DNA from: Tubulanus polymorphus
Lineage: Eukaryota > Animalia > Nemertea
Reading direction: 5' to 3'
Assembly (NCBI RefSeq): GCF_964204645.1
Contig: NC_134026.1
Span: forward strand, 28,740,150 to 28,804,149
Length of the DNA stretch: 64,000 bases
Positions 61,406 through 64,000 of this stretch are shown here, one piece after another. Position 1 is the first letter of the stretch; each line of letters opens with the position of its first letter. The translations under genes and the position numbers were made by a program. The notes under the pieces were generated by a model that was given only the letters and a program-made list of their open reading frames with translations, did not search any database and had not been told where the DNA came from.

Positions 61406-64000
61406 TGCTGTGAACACTGACCGAATAACGCAGTGTAACTCTAAACGCGCACTATAATGTCGTATACTGGACTAGCGCCAAAATCGTTTGTCGAATCTAT
61501 GAACATAAGATCAAACCAAGAAACTTTTAGCAAAAATCTCTATGCTTTTTCCATAGCCTATAACCGTGTGCACGCAGTTCTTTTGGTCGTGGATACCGGT
61601 AATTGTGATGTAAAAAAGGAAACGACAGCACACAGCAGCTTTAATCTACGATATAGTCAGCGGAGAACTGAACCAATGATCGAAATGAGATAGTAGCCAT
61701 TATATCATGTACTACACCACTATTTAGCCAGGTTTTATGCGGATTTGATAGATAAATTAATGTTACAACACCGAGTAAACAGCTTTACTATCAACTATAA
61801 CCAGTACATTGTATTAATCGAATAACATCATTTAGTGTCCAGATACATGCTGTTTTGCGTGCCACGGCAGTATTTCTTCATAGCCGAATGAGGGAATTTC
61901 AGTGAGAGTAAACACGCTATATTTATTGTATGCTGGGAATTTTGAAGAACAACACATTGAAATGATGTTTACGGAATAGCTAATAACGAATTGTACTTGT
62001 TGAACTCAGTACGTACTTTGATAAAGTTTGCTTAAACAATGTGAAGACGATCAACCGGTACAACAATGATGTGACAAAATAGACGAGTTATAAATGAGAT
62101 AAGATACTGCTTGAATCTGCAAGCATGCGAAAAAGCGTCCAAAGAGTGATGGTGGCACCAAACTAATTATTGGCTATATTAGAGGTCATTTATATCTACG
62201 GACCATTACGAAGCTTATGCGCTTGTGAGATGTGGACAAAATGGAAGCTGGACCGTCGTTCAGTATTGTAAGACGACACACATGGGAAATCTGGACGCTT
62301 AATATCATAACGCATTGGAATATTTTTACAAGGTTATGTCACTAGTCACCAGTGATTTACAACTCACGATTAGTGGAATTGCAGATAACGCCGCGTTGAG
62401 ATGTTTCGGTTTTATTATCAGGATTTAAAAATCTTATTTCGTTGTAATCAATACAGTCTAGTGTAACAGAATCGTTACGACGTTGTGACTCTGTAAATAG
62501 AAATAGTTAATTTCCAATTTGAATCATACGTTACGTAATTCATTTTGCAATGTTTAATCAGTTTCCCGTAATACGCAGGTAAATTTACTAGGTACAGTTT
62601 GCAGAACGTCTATAAGTGACGACCGGGATTCCGGTGAAAAAACGGCGGGGTATGTTTTGCATGTTTTCGCTCGTTCCGTGTCCAAATACAATGATAGATT
62701 GATTCAATAAAAATACGTCGCTTGAAGTTGCACGTTCGGTGAAACTCGATTTGATGACTTCAACACGAGACAAGAAATATCAGGCCGAGTTTCTTTACGT
62801 GTCGTCAACGTGTCTCTAACGCGTAGTCACATTTCTTTCCGCAGAAATTTATATTTGATCAAACGATCAAACGTCAGCTACTGGATTTCATATGCATGAA
62901 CAATGTTCGCATAAACCAGGCGACTCTTACAGCAGCGCTGAGGCTTATACAACAACATCCCTCACTCGTCAGGGTATTTACTTTACAGTTTCGCTTATGA
63001 GGGACGTGGTCGTCGACTTAACCGACTCGTATTTCCAGTGGCCCTGGGGGATACAAACACACAAAGTTCATCAATATTAGTTGCTGGACATTGCCCATAT
63101 GTCATGAGTGGGAAAAATCGTGAAAATACTGACATCTTGGATGCATCGGGATCTGTATTACGCAGCAGCGGGACGTCATTTACTTTTATTACGAATTTTC
63201 CTAGCTATCAATATCAAAGCCACTAGCCGGTCCGCAAGAACCTAACCTGCATGAAGAAAAAAAGACATTCAAAAATAAGAAAATAGGGGTGAGCACTGAT
63301 ATAGCTCAACGATGCCGAGCTTTCTGAAACTTGAGTTTACCGTGGTGTGTACGAATTTCTAGTTACGAGGAAAAGAATAACGCGTTTAACGCGTGACTAG
63401 CGGTTCGTACAGACGATCGCATCTCTCGATCTAATCCTCGCGATTCAATTGATTCCAGTGTGATTTATGGCCAAACTCTGGATACGTTTTGTTTAAACTC
63501 GTGGTCATATATAGGTAACCCATTCACCATCGGATTAATCAATCTTCGTCAAATGGAAACAGCACTTTTAATCTAATGAAGTTCGCTACTTTTACCTAGA
63601 CGACGATATAAAGCAAGTGAATTGTGGAAAAATAGACTGCTGTTTGCAATTCACTGGATATCTAATCGTGGTTGGAAATTTAATTTGGGAACAATTCTAA
63701 TTTTCTTGCATCGCATAAAACTAGCAATTTACATCGGCGTATGCGAGTGTTGAAAATAATTACTTTTTTCAACAGGCTCCTAAATTTCCGCCGTGGATTT
63801 TTAATAATGAAGTTAAAAGGTCTGCGATGGAAAGTTGCGTAGCGATAGAATCACGTGGTTACTGTGTGTCGCTCCAGACTGCGGCGGCTACTGTGGCACT
63901 ATAAGTAACATCGTAATGGATAAATGATCAATAACAGCGAGATGAAGAGAACGAATATTCTTCGACAAACGCCAATGATGCGATAGAATTTGAAAGGATC

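Overview
AT-rich, intron-containing eukaryotic DNA from a compact invertebrate (metazoan) genome; the taxon cannot be fixed from the sequence alone. Bases 1 to ~50.6 kb are gene-dense, with 13 spliced protein-coding genes. In order: XNDC1N-like (-, runs off the left edge), LZTR1 (+), a secreted stand-alone GON-domain gene (+) with an orphan duplicate of its last exon upstream, DUSP23 (+), GOLGA3 (-), a PPP1R3B/C-type glycogen-targeting subunit (-), GINS4 (-), tankyrase (+), a C7orf50/WKF-domain gene (-), ATP5F1D (+), a two-domain pacifastin-type inhibitor (-), CCDC149 (+) and an uncharacterised secreted Cys-rich/cbEGF protein (-). The last ~13.4 kb has no recognisable coding sequence and is probably regulatory DNA or a large intron. 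Several short non-autonomous DNA transposons (some with readable TSDs), a SINE remnant and microsatellites sit mostly in introns. Most notable: the GON-only gene and its duplicated exon, the uncharacterised EGF gene, PPP1R3-tankyrase linkage like that in vertebrates, isolated B-box motifs in Pol II promoters, and the double-headed pacifastin. All gene models were built by eye from GT-AG sites and recalled family similarity; no database searches were run.
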